A stretch of DNA of 64,000 nucleotides from Balanoglossus misakiensis. Taxonomy: Eukaryota; Animalia; Hemichordata. Numbering within the stretch: position 1 is the stretch's first letter; the number at the start of each line of letters is the position of its first letter. The stretch spans positions 12,008,457 through 12,072,456 of the forward strand of contig CM082591.2 of the NCBI GenBank assembly GCA_040954595.2, read 5' to 3'. This document shows, piece after piece, positions 1 to 12,600 of this stretch. The notes beneath the pieces are model-generated. The model was not told the origin of the DNA, did no database searches, and saw nothing but the letters and a program-made list of their open reading frames with translations. The position numbers were made by a program, and so were the translations under genes.

Positions 1-84
1 TCGCATCGTCTTGGAAGGGCAAATGAAAAAGGCATATCGATTATTGGTACTCCACTTATTAGACTTTCCACTGTTTGTCAACAG

Positions 85-170
85 CACTGCCAAGGAACTC
101 CTGCCAGCCATCATTGATTGTCTGGATAGTAGTGCCCAGAGTGTCGTCAATGTAGCTTTACAACATCTAC
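85..170 (+). pseudogene. INTS1: INTS1-like C-terminal exon fragment in the first satellite unit; present in every unit
   Basis: Acceptor ctgtttgtcaacag| is followed by (S)TAKELLPAIIDCLDSSAQSVVNVALQHL. This aligns without gaps to recalled human INTS1 SIAAAFLPTFMYCLGSQDFEVVQTALRNL (shared pattern LPxxxxCLxSxxxxVVxxALxxL). It is cut off by CGC TAA and has no canonical donor. Confidence 0.65.
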
Positions 171-223
171 GCTAAACAAATCTCTTTTTTTTTGGCCTAA
201 CTTAATATATTTGTTTATTTCAG

Positions 224-353
224 TGCTATGAGCAATACTCCGTTGTGTTTACTGTCAGAGATGTATCTGCAACAACCCGATTTAATTCAGAGTGTCAGAA
301 AAAGTGACTTGCTGGTCAAGAATGCAAACAGTGTCAGTCAGAGTGTCTCACAG
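224..353 (+). pseudogene. INTS1: INTS1-like exon A (130 nt) in the first satellite unit; present in every unit
   Basis: Flanked by acceptor tttgtttatttcag| and donor CAG|gtgaga. Translates AMSNTPLCLLSEMYLQQPDLIQSVRKSDLLVKNANSVSQSVSQ, which resembles human INTS1 as recalled (RDLLLQLYLQRPELRVPVPEVLLHSEGAASSSVCK). Several copies carry a 2-nt frameshifting deletion (aattcagtgtc instead of aattcagagtgtc). Confidence 0.75.
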
Positions 354-646
354 GTGAGAGATTTTTTCTTTTTTTTTACACACGGGTTAGACGTGGGCAT
401 TGCAGAGAGGGCAGCACCAATTTCATAAATGTACGTAGCAGTAAATACAGACTGCCTTTGCTTCCTTCCATATTTCATGCACACCGTGTAAGTAGACTTT
501 ACCTAATTTTGTCCCTTCTTTTCACCCAATTTACTGTCTTTTCCTGATCTCCAACACAGACTATGGTTGCCACCATCTTGTCTGTTGTTAGGACAGCACA
601 CTGCCTTATTGTGTTGACTGTGTGCAGTTTTTGTAACCAGAGCCTC

Positions 647-656
647 TAACCCTAAC
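647..656 (+). repeat. Short C-strand telomeric seed (T)AACCCTAAC at the monomer junction; recurs in every unit
   Basis: Junction reads gagcctcT-AACCCTAAC-tattatgcag. Variants are AACCCAAAC, AACCCT with a 7-nt deletion, AAACCCT, and AACCCTAACCCTAAC (near 23648 and 25243). Confidence 0.8.
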
Positions 657-3600
657 TATTATGCAGTTGTTACATATGATGCAAGTTGCCCATAAAATTT
701 CCTAACAATAAAATGTGGCTGTCGAACATTGGACCCAACAATAACGACAAACACAATACGATAGAATTTTTACTCAATGACTTTCTGGCCTCATTTTCGC
801 ATCGTCTTGGAAGGGCAAATGAAAAAGGCATATCGATTATTGGTACTCCACTTATTAGACTTTCCACTGTTTGTCAACAGCACTGCCAAGGAACTCCTGC
901 CAGCCATCATTGATTGTCTGGATAGTAGTGCCCAGAGTGTCGTCAATGTAGCTTTACAACATCTACGCTAAACAAATCTCTTTTTTTTTTGGCCTAACTT
1001 AATATATTTGTTTATTTCAGTGCTATGAGCAATACTCCGTTGTGTTTACTGTCAGAGATGTATCTGCAACAACCCGATTTAATTCAGAGTGTCAGAAAAA
1101 GTGACTTGCTGGTCAAGAATGCAAACAGTGTCAGTCAGAGTGTCTCACAGGTGAGAGATTTTTTCTTTTTTTTACACACGGGTTAGACGTGGGCATTGCA
1201 GAGAGGGCAGCACCAATTTCATAAATGTACGTAGCAGTAAATACAGACTGCCTTTGCTTCCTTCCATATTTCATGCACACCGTGTAAGTAGACTTTACCT
1301 AATTTTGTCCCTTCTTTTCACCCAATTTACTGTCTTTTCCTGATCTCCAACACAGACTATGGTTGCCACCATCTTGTCTGTTGTTAGGACAACACACTGC
1401 CTTATTGTGTTGACTGTGTGCAGTTTTTGTAACCAGAGCCTCTAACCCAAACTATTATGCAGTTGTTACATATGATGCAAGTTGCCCATAAAATTACCTA
1501 ACAATAAAATGTGGCTGTCGAACATTGGTCCCAACAATAACGACAAACACAATACGATAGAATTTTTACTCAATGACTTTCTGGCCTCATTTTCGCATCG
1601 TCTTGGAAGGGCAAATGAAAAAGGCATATCGATTATTGGTACTCCACTTATTAGACTTTCCACTGTTTGTCAACAGCACTGCCAAGGAACTCCTGCCAGC
1701 CATCATTGATTGTCTGGATAGTAGTGCCCAGAGTGTCGTCAATGTAGCTTTACAACATCTACGCTAAACAAATCTCTTTTTTTTTGGCCTAACTTAATAT
1801 ATTTGTTTATTTCAGTGCTATGAGCAATACTCCGTTGCGTTTACTGTCAGAGATGTATCTGCAACAACCCGATTTAATTCAGTGTCAGAAAAAGTGACTT
1901 GCTGGTCAAGAATGCAAACAGTGTCAGTCAGTGTCTCACAGGTGAGAGATTTTTTTCTTTTTTTTTACACACGGGTTAGACGTGGGCATTGCAGAGAGGG
2001 CAGCACCAATTTCATAAATGTACGTAGCAGTAAATACAGACTGCCTTTGCTTCCTTCCATATTTCATGCACACCGTGTAAGTAGACTTTACCTAATTTTG
2101 TCCCTTCTTTTCACCCAATTTACTGTCTTTTCCTGATCTCCAACACAGACTATGGTTGCCACCATCTTGTCTGTTGTTAGGACAGCACACTGCCTTATTG
2201 TGTTGACTGTGTGCAGTTTTTGTAACCAGAGCCTCTAACCCTAACTATTATGCAGTTGTTACATATGATGCAAGTTGCCCATAAAATTACCTAACAATAA
2301 AATGTGGCTGTCGAACATTGGTCCCAACAATAACGACAAACACAATACGATAGAATTTTTACTCAATGACTTTCTGGCCTCATTTTCGCATCGTCTTGGA
2401 AGGGCAAATGAAAAAGGCATATCGATTATTGGTACTCCACTTATTAGACTTTCCACTGTTTGTCAACAGCACTGCCAAGGAACTCCTGGCAGCCATCATT
2501 GATTGTCTGGATAGTAGTGCCCAGAGTGTCGTCAATGTAGCTTTACAACATCTACGCTAAACAAATCTCTTTTTTTTTTGGCCTAACTTAATATATTTGT
2601 TTATTTCAGTGCTATGAGCAATACTCCGTTGTGTTTACTGTCAGAGATGTATCTGCAACAACCCGATTTAATTCAGAGTGTCAGAAAAAGTGACTTGCTG
2701 GTCAAGAATGCAAACAGTGTCAGTCAGAGTGTCTCACAGGTGAGAGATTTTTTCTTTTTTTTTACACACGGGTTAGACGTGGGCATTGCAGAGAGGGCAG
2801 CACCAATTTCATAAATGTACGTAGCAGTAAATACAGACTGCCTTTGCTTCCTTCCATATTTCATGCACACCGTGTAAGTAGACTTTACCTAATTTTGTCC
2901 CTTCTTTTCACCCAATTTACTGTCTTTTCTGATCTCCAACACAGATTTTGGTTGCCACCATCTTGTCTGTTGTTAGGACAACACACTGCCTTATTGTGTT
3001 GACTGTGTGCAGTTTTTGTAACCAGAGCCTCTAACCCAAACTATTATGCAGTTGTTACATATGATGCAAGTTGCCCATAAAATTACCTAACAATAAAATG
3101 TGGCTGTCGAACATTGGTCCCAACAATAACGACAAACACAATACGATAGAATTTTTACTCAATGACTTTCTGGCCTCATTTTCGCATCGTCTTGGAAGGG
3201 CAAATGAAAAAGGCATATCGATTATTGGTACTCCACTTATTAGACTTTCCACTGTTTGTCAACAGCACTGCCAAGGAACTCCTGCCAGCCATCATTGATT
3301 GTCTGGATAGTAGTGCCCAGAGTGTCGTCAATGTAGCTTTACAACATCTACGCTAAACAAATCTCTTTTTTTTTTGGCCTAACTTAATATATTTGTTTAT
3401 TTCAGTGCTATGAGCAATACTCCGTTGCGTTTACTGTCAGAGATGTATCTGCAACAACCCGATTTAATTCAGTGTCAGAAAAAGTGACTTGCTGGTCAAG
3501 AATGCAAACAGTGTCAGTCAGAGTGTCTCACAGGTGAGAGATGTTTTTCTTTTTTTTTTACACACGGGTTAGACGTGGGCATTGCAGAGAGGGCAGCACC

Positions 3601-6600
3601 AATTTCATAAATGTACGTAGCAGTAAATACAGACTGCCTTTGCTTCCTTCCATATTTCATGCACACCGTGTAAGTAGACTTTACCTAATTTTGTCCCTTC
3701 TTTTCACCCAATTTACTGTCTTTTCCTGATCTCCAACACAGACTATGGTTGCCACCATCTTGTCTGTTGTTAGGACAACACACTGCCTTATTGTGTTGAC
3801 TGTGTGCAGTTTTTGTAACCAGAGCCTCTAACCCAAACTATTATGCAGTTGTTACATATGATGCAAGTTGCCCATAAAATTACCTAACAATAAAATGTGG
3901 CTGTCGAACATTGGTCCCAACAATAACGACAAACACAATACGATAGAATTTTTACTCAATGACTTTCTGGCCTCATTTTCGCATCGTCTTGGAAGGGCAA
4001 ATGAAAAAGGCATATCGATTATTGGTACTCCACTTATTAGACTTTCCACTGTTTGTCAACAGCACTGCCAAGGAACTCCTGCCAGCCATCATTGATTGTC
4101 TGGATAGTAGTGCCCAGAGTGTCGTCAATGTAGCTTTACAACATCTACGCTAAACAAATCTCTTTTTTTTTGGCCTAACTTAATATATTTGTTTATTTCA
4201 GTGCTATGAGCAATACTCCGTTGCGTTTACTGTCAGAGATGTATCTGCAACAACCCGATTTAATTCAGTGTCAGAAAAAGTGACTTGCTGGTCAAGAATG
4301 CAAACAGTGTCAGTCAGTGTCTCACAGGTGAGAGATTTTTTTCTTTTTTTTACACACGGGTTAGACGTGGGCATTGCAGAGAGGGCAGCACCAATTTCAT
4401 AAATGTACGTAGCAGTAAATACAGACTGCCTTTGCTTCCTTCCATATTTCATGCACACCGTGTAAGTAGACTTTACCTAATTTTGTCCCTTCTTTTCACC
4501 CAATTTACTGTCTTTTCCTGATCTCCAACACAGACTATGGTTGCCACCATCTTGTCTGTTGTTAGGACAGCACACTGCCTTATTGTGTTGACTGTGTGCA
4601 GTTTTTGTAACCAGAGCCTCTAACCCTAACTATTATGCAGTTGTTACATATGATGCAAGTTGCCCATAAAATTACCTAACAATAAAATGTGGCTGTCGAA
4701 CATTGGTCCCAACAATAACGACAAACACAATACGATAGAATTTTTACTCAATGACTTTCTGGCCTCATTTTCGCATCGTCTTGGAAGGGCAAATGAAAAA
4801 GGCATATCGATTATTGGTACTCCACTTATTAGACTTTCCACTGTTTGTCAACAGCACTGCCAAGGAACTCCTGGCAGCCATCATTGATTGTCTGGATAGT
4901 AGTGCCCAGAGTGTCGTCAATGTAGCTTTACAACATCTACGCTAAACAAATCTCTTTTTTTTTTGGCCTAACTTAATATATTTGTTTATTTCAGTGCTAT
5001 GAGCAATACTCCGTTGTGTTTACTGTCAGAGATGTATCTGCAACAACCCGATTTAATTCAGAGTGTCAGAAAAAGTGACTTGCTGGTCAAGAATGCAAAC
5101 AGTGTCAGTCAGAGTGTCTCACAGGTGAGAGATTTTTTCTTTTTTTTTACACACGGGTTAGACGTGGGCATTGCAGAGAGGGCAGCACCAATTTCATAAA
5201 TGTACGTAGCAGTAAATACAGACTGCCTTTGCTTCCTTCCATATTTCATGCACACCGTGTAAGTAGACTTTACCTAATTTTGTCCCTTCTTTTCACCCAA
5301 TTTACTGTCTTTTCTGATCTCCAACACAGATTTTGGTTGCCACCATCTTGTCTGTTGTTAGGACAACACACTGCCTTATTGTGTTGACTGTGTGCAGTTT
5401 TTGTAACCAGAGCCTCTAACCCAAACTATTATGCAGTTGTTACATATGATGCAAGTTGCCCATAAAATTACCTAACAATAAAATGTGGCTGTCGAACATT
5501 GGTCCCAACAATAACGACAAACACAATACGATAGAATTTTTACTCAATGACTTTCTGGCCTCATTTTCGCATCGTCTTGGAAGGGCAAATGAAAAAGGCA
5601 TATCGATTATTGGTACTCCACTTATTAGACTTTCCACTGTTTGTCAACAGCACTGCCAAGGAACTCCTGCCAGCCATCATTGATTGTCTGGATAGTAGTG
5701 CCCAGAGTGTCGTCAATGTAGCTTTACAACATCTACGCTAAACAAATCTCTTTTTTTTTTGGCCTAACTTAATATATTTGTTTATTTCAGTGCTATGAGC
5801 AATACTCCGTTGCGTTTACTGTCAGAGATGTATCTGCAACAACCCGATTTAATTCAGTGTCAGAAAAAGTGACTTGCTGGTCAAGAATGCAAACAGTGTC
5901 AGTCAGAGTGTCTCACAGGTGAGAGATGTTTTTCTTTTTTTTTTACACACGGGTTAGACGTGGGCATTGCAGAGAGGGCAGCACCAATTTCATAAATGTA
6001 CGTAGCAGTAAATACAGACTGCCTTTGCTTCCTTCCATATTTCATGCACACCGTGTAAGTAGACTTTACCTAATTTTGTCCCTTCTTTTCACCCAATTTA
6101 CTGTCTTTTCCTGATCTCCAACACAGACTATGGTTGCCACCATCTTGTCTGTTGTTAGGACAGCACACTGCCTTATTGTGTTGACTGTGTGCAGTTTTTG
6201 TAACCAGAGCCTCTAACCCTAACTATTATGCAGTTGTTACATATGATGCAAGTTGCCCATAAAATTACCTAACAATAAAATGTGGCTGTCGAACATTGGT
6301 CCCAACAATAACGACAAACACAATACGATAGAATTTTTACTCAATGACTTTCTGGCCTCATTTTCGCATCGTCTTGGAAGGGCAAATGAAAAAGGCATAT
6401 TGATTATTGGTACTCCACTTATTAGACTTTCCACTGTTTGTCAACAGCACTGCCAAGGAACTCCTGCCAGCCATCATTGATTGTCTGGATAGTAGTGCCC
6501 AGAGTGTCGTCAATGTAGCTTTACAACATCTACGCTAAACAAATCTCTTTATTTTTTGGCCTAACTTAATATATTTGTTTATTTCAGTGCTATGAGCAAT

Positions 6601-9600
6601 ACTCCGTTGCGTTTACTGTCAGAGATGTATCTGCAACAACCCGATTTAATTCAGAGTGTCAGAAAAAGTGACTTGCTGGTCAAGAATGCAAACAGTGTCA
6701 GTCAGAGTGTCTCACAGGTGAGAGATTTTTTCTTTTTTTTTACACACGGGTTAGACGTGGGCATTGCAGAGAGGGCAGCACCAATTTCATAAATGAAAGT
6801 AGCAGTAAATACAGACTGCCTTTGCTTCCTTCCATATTTCATGCACACCGTGTAAGTAGACTTTACCTAATTTTGTCCCTTCTTTTCACCCAATTTACTG
6901 TCTTTTCCTGATCTCCAACACAGACTATGGTTGCCACCATCTTGTCTGTTGTTAGGACAGCACACTGCCTTATTGTGTTGACTGTGTGCAGTTTTTGTAA
7001 CCAGAGCCTCTAACCCAAACTATTATGCAGTTGTTACATATGATGCAAGTTGCCCATAAAATTACCTAACAATAAAATGTGGCTGTCGAACATTGGTCCC
7101 AACAATAACGACAAACACAATACGATAGAATTTTTACTCAATGACTTTCTGGCCTCATTTTCGCATCGTCTTGGAAGGGCAAATGAAAAAGGCATATCGA
7201 TTATTGGTACTCCACTTATTAGACTTTCCACTGTTTGTCAACAGCACTGCCAAGGAACTCCTGCCAGCCATCATTGATTGTCTGGATAGTAGTGCCCAGA
7301 GTGTCGTCAATGTAGCTTTACAACATCTACGCTAAACAAATCTCTTTTTTTTTTGGCCTAACTTAATATATTTGTTTATTTCAGTGCTATGAGCAATACT
7401 CCGTTGTGTTTACTGTCAGAGATGTATCTGCAACAACCCGATTTAATTCAGAGTGTCAGAAAAAGTGACTTGCTGGTCAAGAATGCAAACAGTGTCAGTC
7501 AGAGTGTCTCACAGGTGAGAGATTTTTTCTTTTTTTTTACACACGGGTTAGACGTGGGCATTGCAGAGAGGGCAGCACCAATTTCATAAATGAAAGTAGC
7601 AGTAAATACAGACTGCCTTTGCTTCCTTCCATATTTCATGCACACCGTGTAAGTAGACTTTACCTAATTTTGTCCCTTCTTTTCACCCAATTTACTGTCT
7701 TTTCCTGATCTCCAACACAGACTATGGTTGCCACCATCTTGTCTGTTGTTAGGACAGCACACTGCCTTATTGTGGTGACTGTGTGCAGTTTTTGTAACCA
7801 GAGCCTCTAACCCAAACTATTATGCAGTTGTTACATATGATGCAAGTTGCCCATAAAATTACCTAACAATAAAATGTGGCTGTCGAACATTGGTCCCAAC
7901 AATAACGACAAACACAATACGATAGAATTTTTACTCAATGACTTTCTGGCCTCATTTTCGCATCGTCTTGGAAGGGCAAATGAAAAAGGCATATCGATTA
8001 TTGGTACTCCACTTATTAGACTTTCCACTGTTTGTCAACAGCACTGCCAAGGAACTCCTGCCAGCCATCATTGATTGTCTGGATAGTAGTGCCCAGAGTG
8101 TCGTCAATGTAGCTTTACAACATCTACGCTAAACAAATCTCTTTTTTTTTGGCCTAACTTAATATATTTGTTTATTTCAGTGCTATGAGCAATACTCCGT
8201 TGTGTTTACTGTCAGAGATGTATCTGCAACAACCCGATTTAATTCAGAGTGTCAGAAAAAGTGACTTGCTGGTCAAGAATGCAAACAGTGTCAGTCAGAG
8301 TGTCTCACAGGTGAGAGATTTTTTCTTTTTTTTTACACACGGGTTAGACGTGGGCATTGCAGAGAGGGCAGCACCAATTTCATAAATGTACGTAGCAGTA
8401 AATACAGACTGCCTTTGCTTCCTTCCATATTTCATGCACACCGTGTAAGTAGACTTTACCTAATTTTGTCCCTTCTTTTCACCCAATTTACTGTCTTTTC
8501 CTGATCTCCAACACAGACTATGGTTGCCACCATCTTGTCTGTTGTTAGGACAGCACACTGCCTTATTGTGTTGACTGTGTGCAGTTTTTGTAACCAGAGC
8601 CTCTAACCCTAACTATTATGCAGTTGTTACATATGATGCAAGTTGCCCATAAAATTTCCTAACAATAAAATGTGGCTGTCGAACATTGGACCCAACAATA
8701 ACGACAAACACAATACGATAGAATTTTTACTCAATGACTTTCTGGCCTCATTTTCGCATCGTCTTGGAAGGGCAAATGAAAAAGGCATATCGATTATTGG
8801 TACTCCACTTATTAGACTTTCCACTGTTTGTCAACAGCACTGCCAAGGAACTCCTGCCAGCCATCATTGATTGTCTGGATAGTAGTGCCCAGAGTGTCGT
8901 CAATGTAGCTTTACAACATCTACGCTAAACAAATCTCTTTTTTTTTTGGCCTAACTTAATATATTTGTTTATTTCAGTGCTATGAGCAATACTCCGTTGT
9001 GTTTACTGTCAGAGATGTATCTGCAACAACCCGATTTAATTCAGAGTGTCAGAAAAAGTGACTTGCTGGTCAAGAATGCAAACAGTGTCAGTCAGAGTGT
9101 CTCACAGGTGAGAGATTTTTTCTTTTTTTTACACACGGGTTAGACGTGGGCATTGCAGAGAGGGCAGCACCAATTTCATAAATGTACGTAGCAGTAAATA
9201 CAGACTGCCTTTGCTTCCTTCCATATTTCATGCACACCGTGTAAGTAGACTTTACCTAATTTTGTCCCTTCTTTTCACCCAATTTACTGTCTTTTCCTGA
9301 TCTCCAACACAGACTATGGTTGCCACCATCTTGTCTGTTGTTAGGACAGCACACTGCCTTATTGTGTTGACTGTGTGCAGTTTTTGTAACCAGAGCCTCT
9401 AACCCTATGCAGTTGTTACATATGATGCAAGTTGCCCATAAAATTACCTAACAATAAAATGTGGCTGTCGAACATTGGTCCCAACAATAACGACAAACAC
9501 AATACGATAGAATTTTTACTCAATGACTTTCTGGCCTCATTTTCGCATCGTCTTGGAAGGGCAAATGAAAAAGGCATATCGATTATTGGTACTCCACTTA

Positions 9601-12600
9601 TTAGACTTTCCACTGTTTGTCAACAGCACTGCCAAGGAACTCCTGCCAGCCATCATTGATTGTCTGGATAGTAGTGCCCAGAGTGTCGTCAATGTAGCTT
9701 TACAACATCTACGCTAAACAAATCTTTTTTTTTTGGCCTAACTTAATATATTTGTTTATTTCAGTGCTATGAGCAATACTCCGTTGTGTTTACTGTCAGA
9801 GATGTATCTGCAACAACCCGATTTAATTCATAGTGTCAGAAAAAGTGACTTGCTGGTCAAGAATGCAAACAGTGTCAGTCAGAGTGTCTCACAGGTGAGA
9901 GATTTTTTCTTTTTTTTACACACGGGTTAGACGTGGGCATTGCAGAGAGGGCAGCACCAATTTCATAAATGTACGTAGCAGTAAATACAGACTGCCTTTG
10001 CTTCCTTCCATATTTCATGCACACCGTGTAAGTAGACTTTACCTAATTTTGTCCCTTCTTTTCACCCAATTTACTGTCTTTTCCTGATCTCCAACACAGA
10101 CTATGGTTGCCACCATCTTGTCTGTTGTTAGGACAGCACACTGCCTTATTGTGTTGACTGTGTGCAGTTTTTGTAACCAGAGCCTCTAACCCTATGCAGT
10201 TGTTACATATGATGCAAGTTGCCCATAAAATTACCTAACAATAAAATGTGGCTGTCGAACATTGGTCCCAACAATAACGACAAACACAATACGATAGAAT
10301 TTTTACTCAATGACTTTCTGGCCTCATTTTCGCATCGTCTTGGAAGGGCAAATGAAAAAGGCATATCGATTATTGGTACTCCACTTATTAGACTTTCCAC
10401 TGTTTGTCAACAGCACTGCCAAGGAACTCCTGCCAGCCATCATTGATTGTCTGGATAGTAGTGCCCAGAGTGTCGTCAATGTAGCTTTACAACATCTACG
10501 CTAAACAAATCTTTTTTTTTTGGCCTAACTTAATATATTTGTTTATTTCAGTGCTATGAGCAATACTCCGTTGTGTTTACTGTCAGAGATGTATCTGCAA
10601 CAACCCGATTTAATTCATAGTGTCAGAAAAAGTGACTTGCTGGTCAAGAATGCAAACAGTGTCAGTCAGAGTGTCTCACAGGTGAGAGATTTTTTCTTTT
10701 TTTTACACACGGGTTAGACGTGGGCATTGCAGAGAGGGCAGCACCAATTTCATAAATGTACGTAGCAGTAAATACAGACTGCCTTTGCTTCCTTCCATAT
10801 TTCATGCACACCGTGTAAGTAGACTTTACCTAATTTTGTCCCTTCTTTTCACCCAATTTACTGTCTTTTCCTGATCTCCAACACAGACTATGGTTGCCAC
10901 CATCTTGTCTGTTGTTAGGACAGCACACTGCCTTATTGTGTTGACTGTGTGCAGTTTTTGTAACCAGAGCCTCTAACCCTATGCAGTTGTTACATATGAT
11001 GCAAGTTGCCCATAAAATTACCTAACAATAAAATGTGGCTGTCGAACATTGGTCCCAACAATAACGACAAACACAATACGATAGAATTTTTACTCAATGA
11101 CTTTCTGGCCTCATTTTCGCATCGTCTTGGAAGGGCAAATGAAAAAGGCATATCGATTATTGGTACTCCACTTATTAGACTTTCCACTGTTTGTCAACAG
11201 CACTGCCAAGGAACTCCTGCCAGCCATCATTGATTGTCTGGATAGTAGTGCCCAGAGTGTCGTCAATGTAGCTTTACAACATCTACGCTAAACAAATCTT
11301 TTTTTTTTGGCCTAACTTAATATATTTGTTTATTTCAGTGCTATGAGCAATACTCCGTTGTGTTTACTGTCAGAGATGTATCTGCAACAACCCGATTTAA
11401 TTCATAGTGTCAGAAAAAGTGACTTGCTGGTCAAGAATGCAAACAGTGTCAGTCAGAGTGTCTCACAGGTGAGAGATTTTTTCTTTTTTTTACACACGGG
11501 TTAGACGTGGGCATTGCAGAGAGGGCAGCACCAATTTCATAAATGTACGTAGCAGTAAATACAGACTGCCTTTGCTTCCTTCCATATTTCATGCACACCG
11601 TGTAAGTAGACTTTACCTAATTTTGTCCCTTCTTTTCACCCAATTTACTGTCTTTTCCTGATCTCCAACACAGACTATGGTTGCCACCATCTTGTCTGTT
11701 GTTAGGACAGCACACTGCCTTATTGTGTTGACTGTGTGCAGTTTTTGTAACCAGAGCCTCTAACCCTATGCAGTTGTTACATATGATGCAAGTTGCCCAT
11801 AAAATTACCTAACAATAAAATGTGGCTGTCGAACATTGGTCCCAACAATAACGACAAACACAATACGATAGAATTTTTACTCAATGACTTTCTGGCCTCA
11901 TTTTCGCATCGTCTTGGAAGGGCAAATGAAAAAGGCATATCGATTATTGGTACTCCACTTATTAGACTTTCCACTGTTTGTCAACAGCACTGCCAAGGAA
12001 CTCCTGCCAGCCATCATTGATTGTCTGGATAGTAGTGCCCAGAGTGTCGTCAATGTAGCTTTACAACATCTACGCTAAACAAATCTCTTTTTTTTTTGGC
12101 CTAACTTAATATATTTGTTTATTTCAGTGCTATGAGCAATACTCCATTGTGTTTACTGTCAGAGATGTATCTGCAACAACCCGATTTAATTCAGAGTGTC
12201 AGAAAAAGTGACTTGCTGGTCAAGAATGCAAACAGTGTCAGTCAGAGTGTCTCACAGGTGAGAGATTTTTTCTTTTTTTTTACACACGGGTTAGACGTGG
12301 GCATTGCAGAGAGGGCAGCACCAATTTCATAAATGTACGTAGCAGTAAATACAGACTGCCTTTGCTTCCTTCCATATTTCATGCACACCGTGTAAGTAGA
12401 CTTTACCTAATTTTGTCCCTTCTTTTCACCCAATTTACTGTCTTTTCCTGATCTCCAACACAGACTATGGTTGCCACCATCTTGTCTGTTGTTAGGACAG
12501 CACACTGCCTTATTGTGTTGACTGTGTGCAGTTTTTGTAACCAGAGCCTCTAACCCAAACTATTATGCAGTTGTTACATATGATGCAAGTTGCCCATAAA

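Noticed and set aside
650-1445. Hammerhead ribozyme in the monomer, as in Penelope-like elements or retrozymes
   Set aside because: No CTGANGA...GAAA core with flanking stems was seen by eye. A covariance-model search would be needed to exclude it fully.
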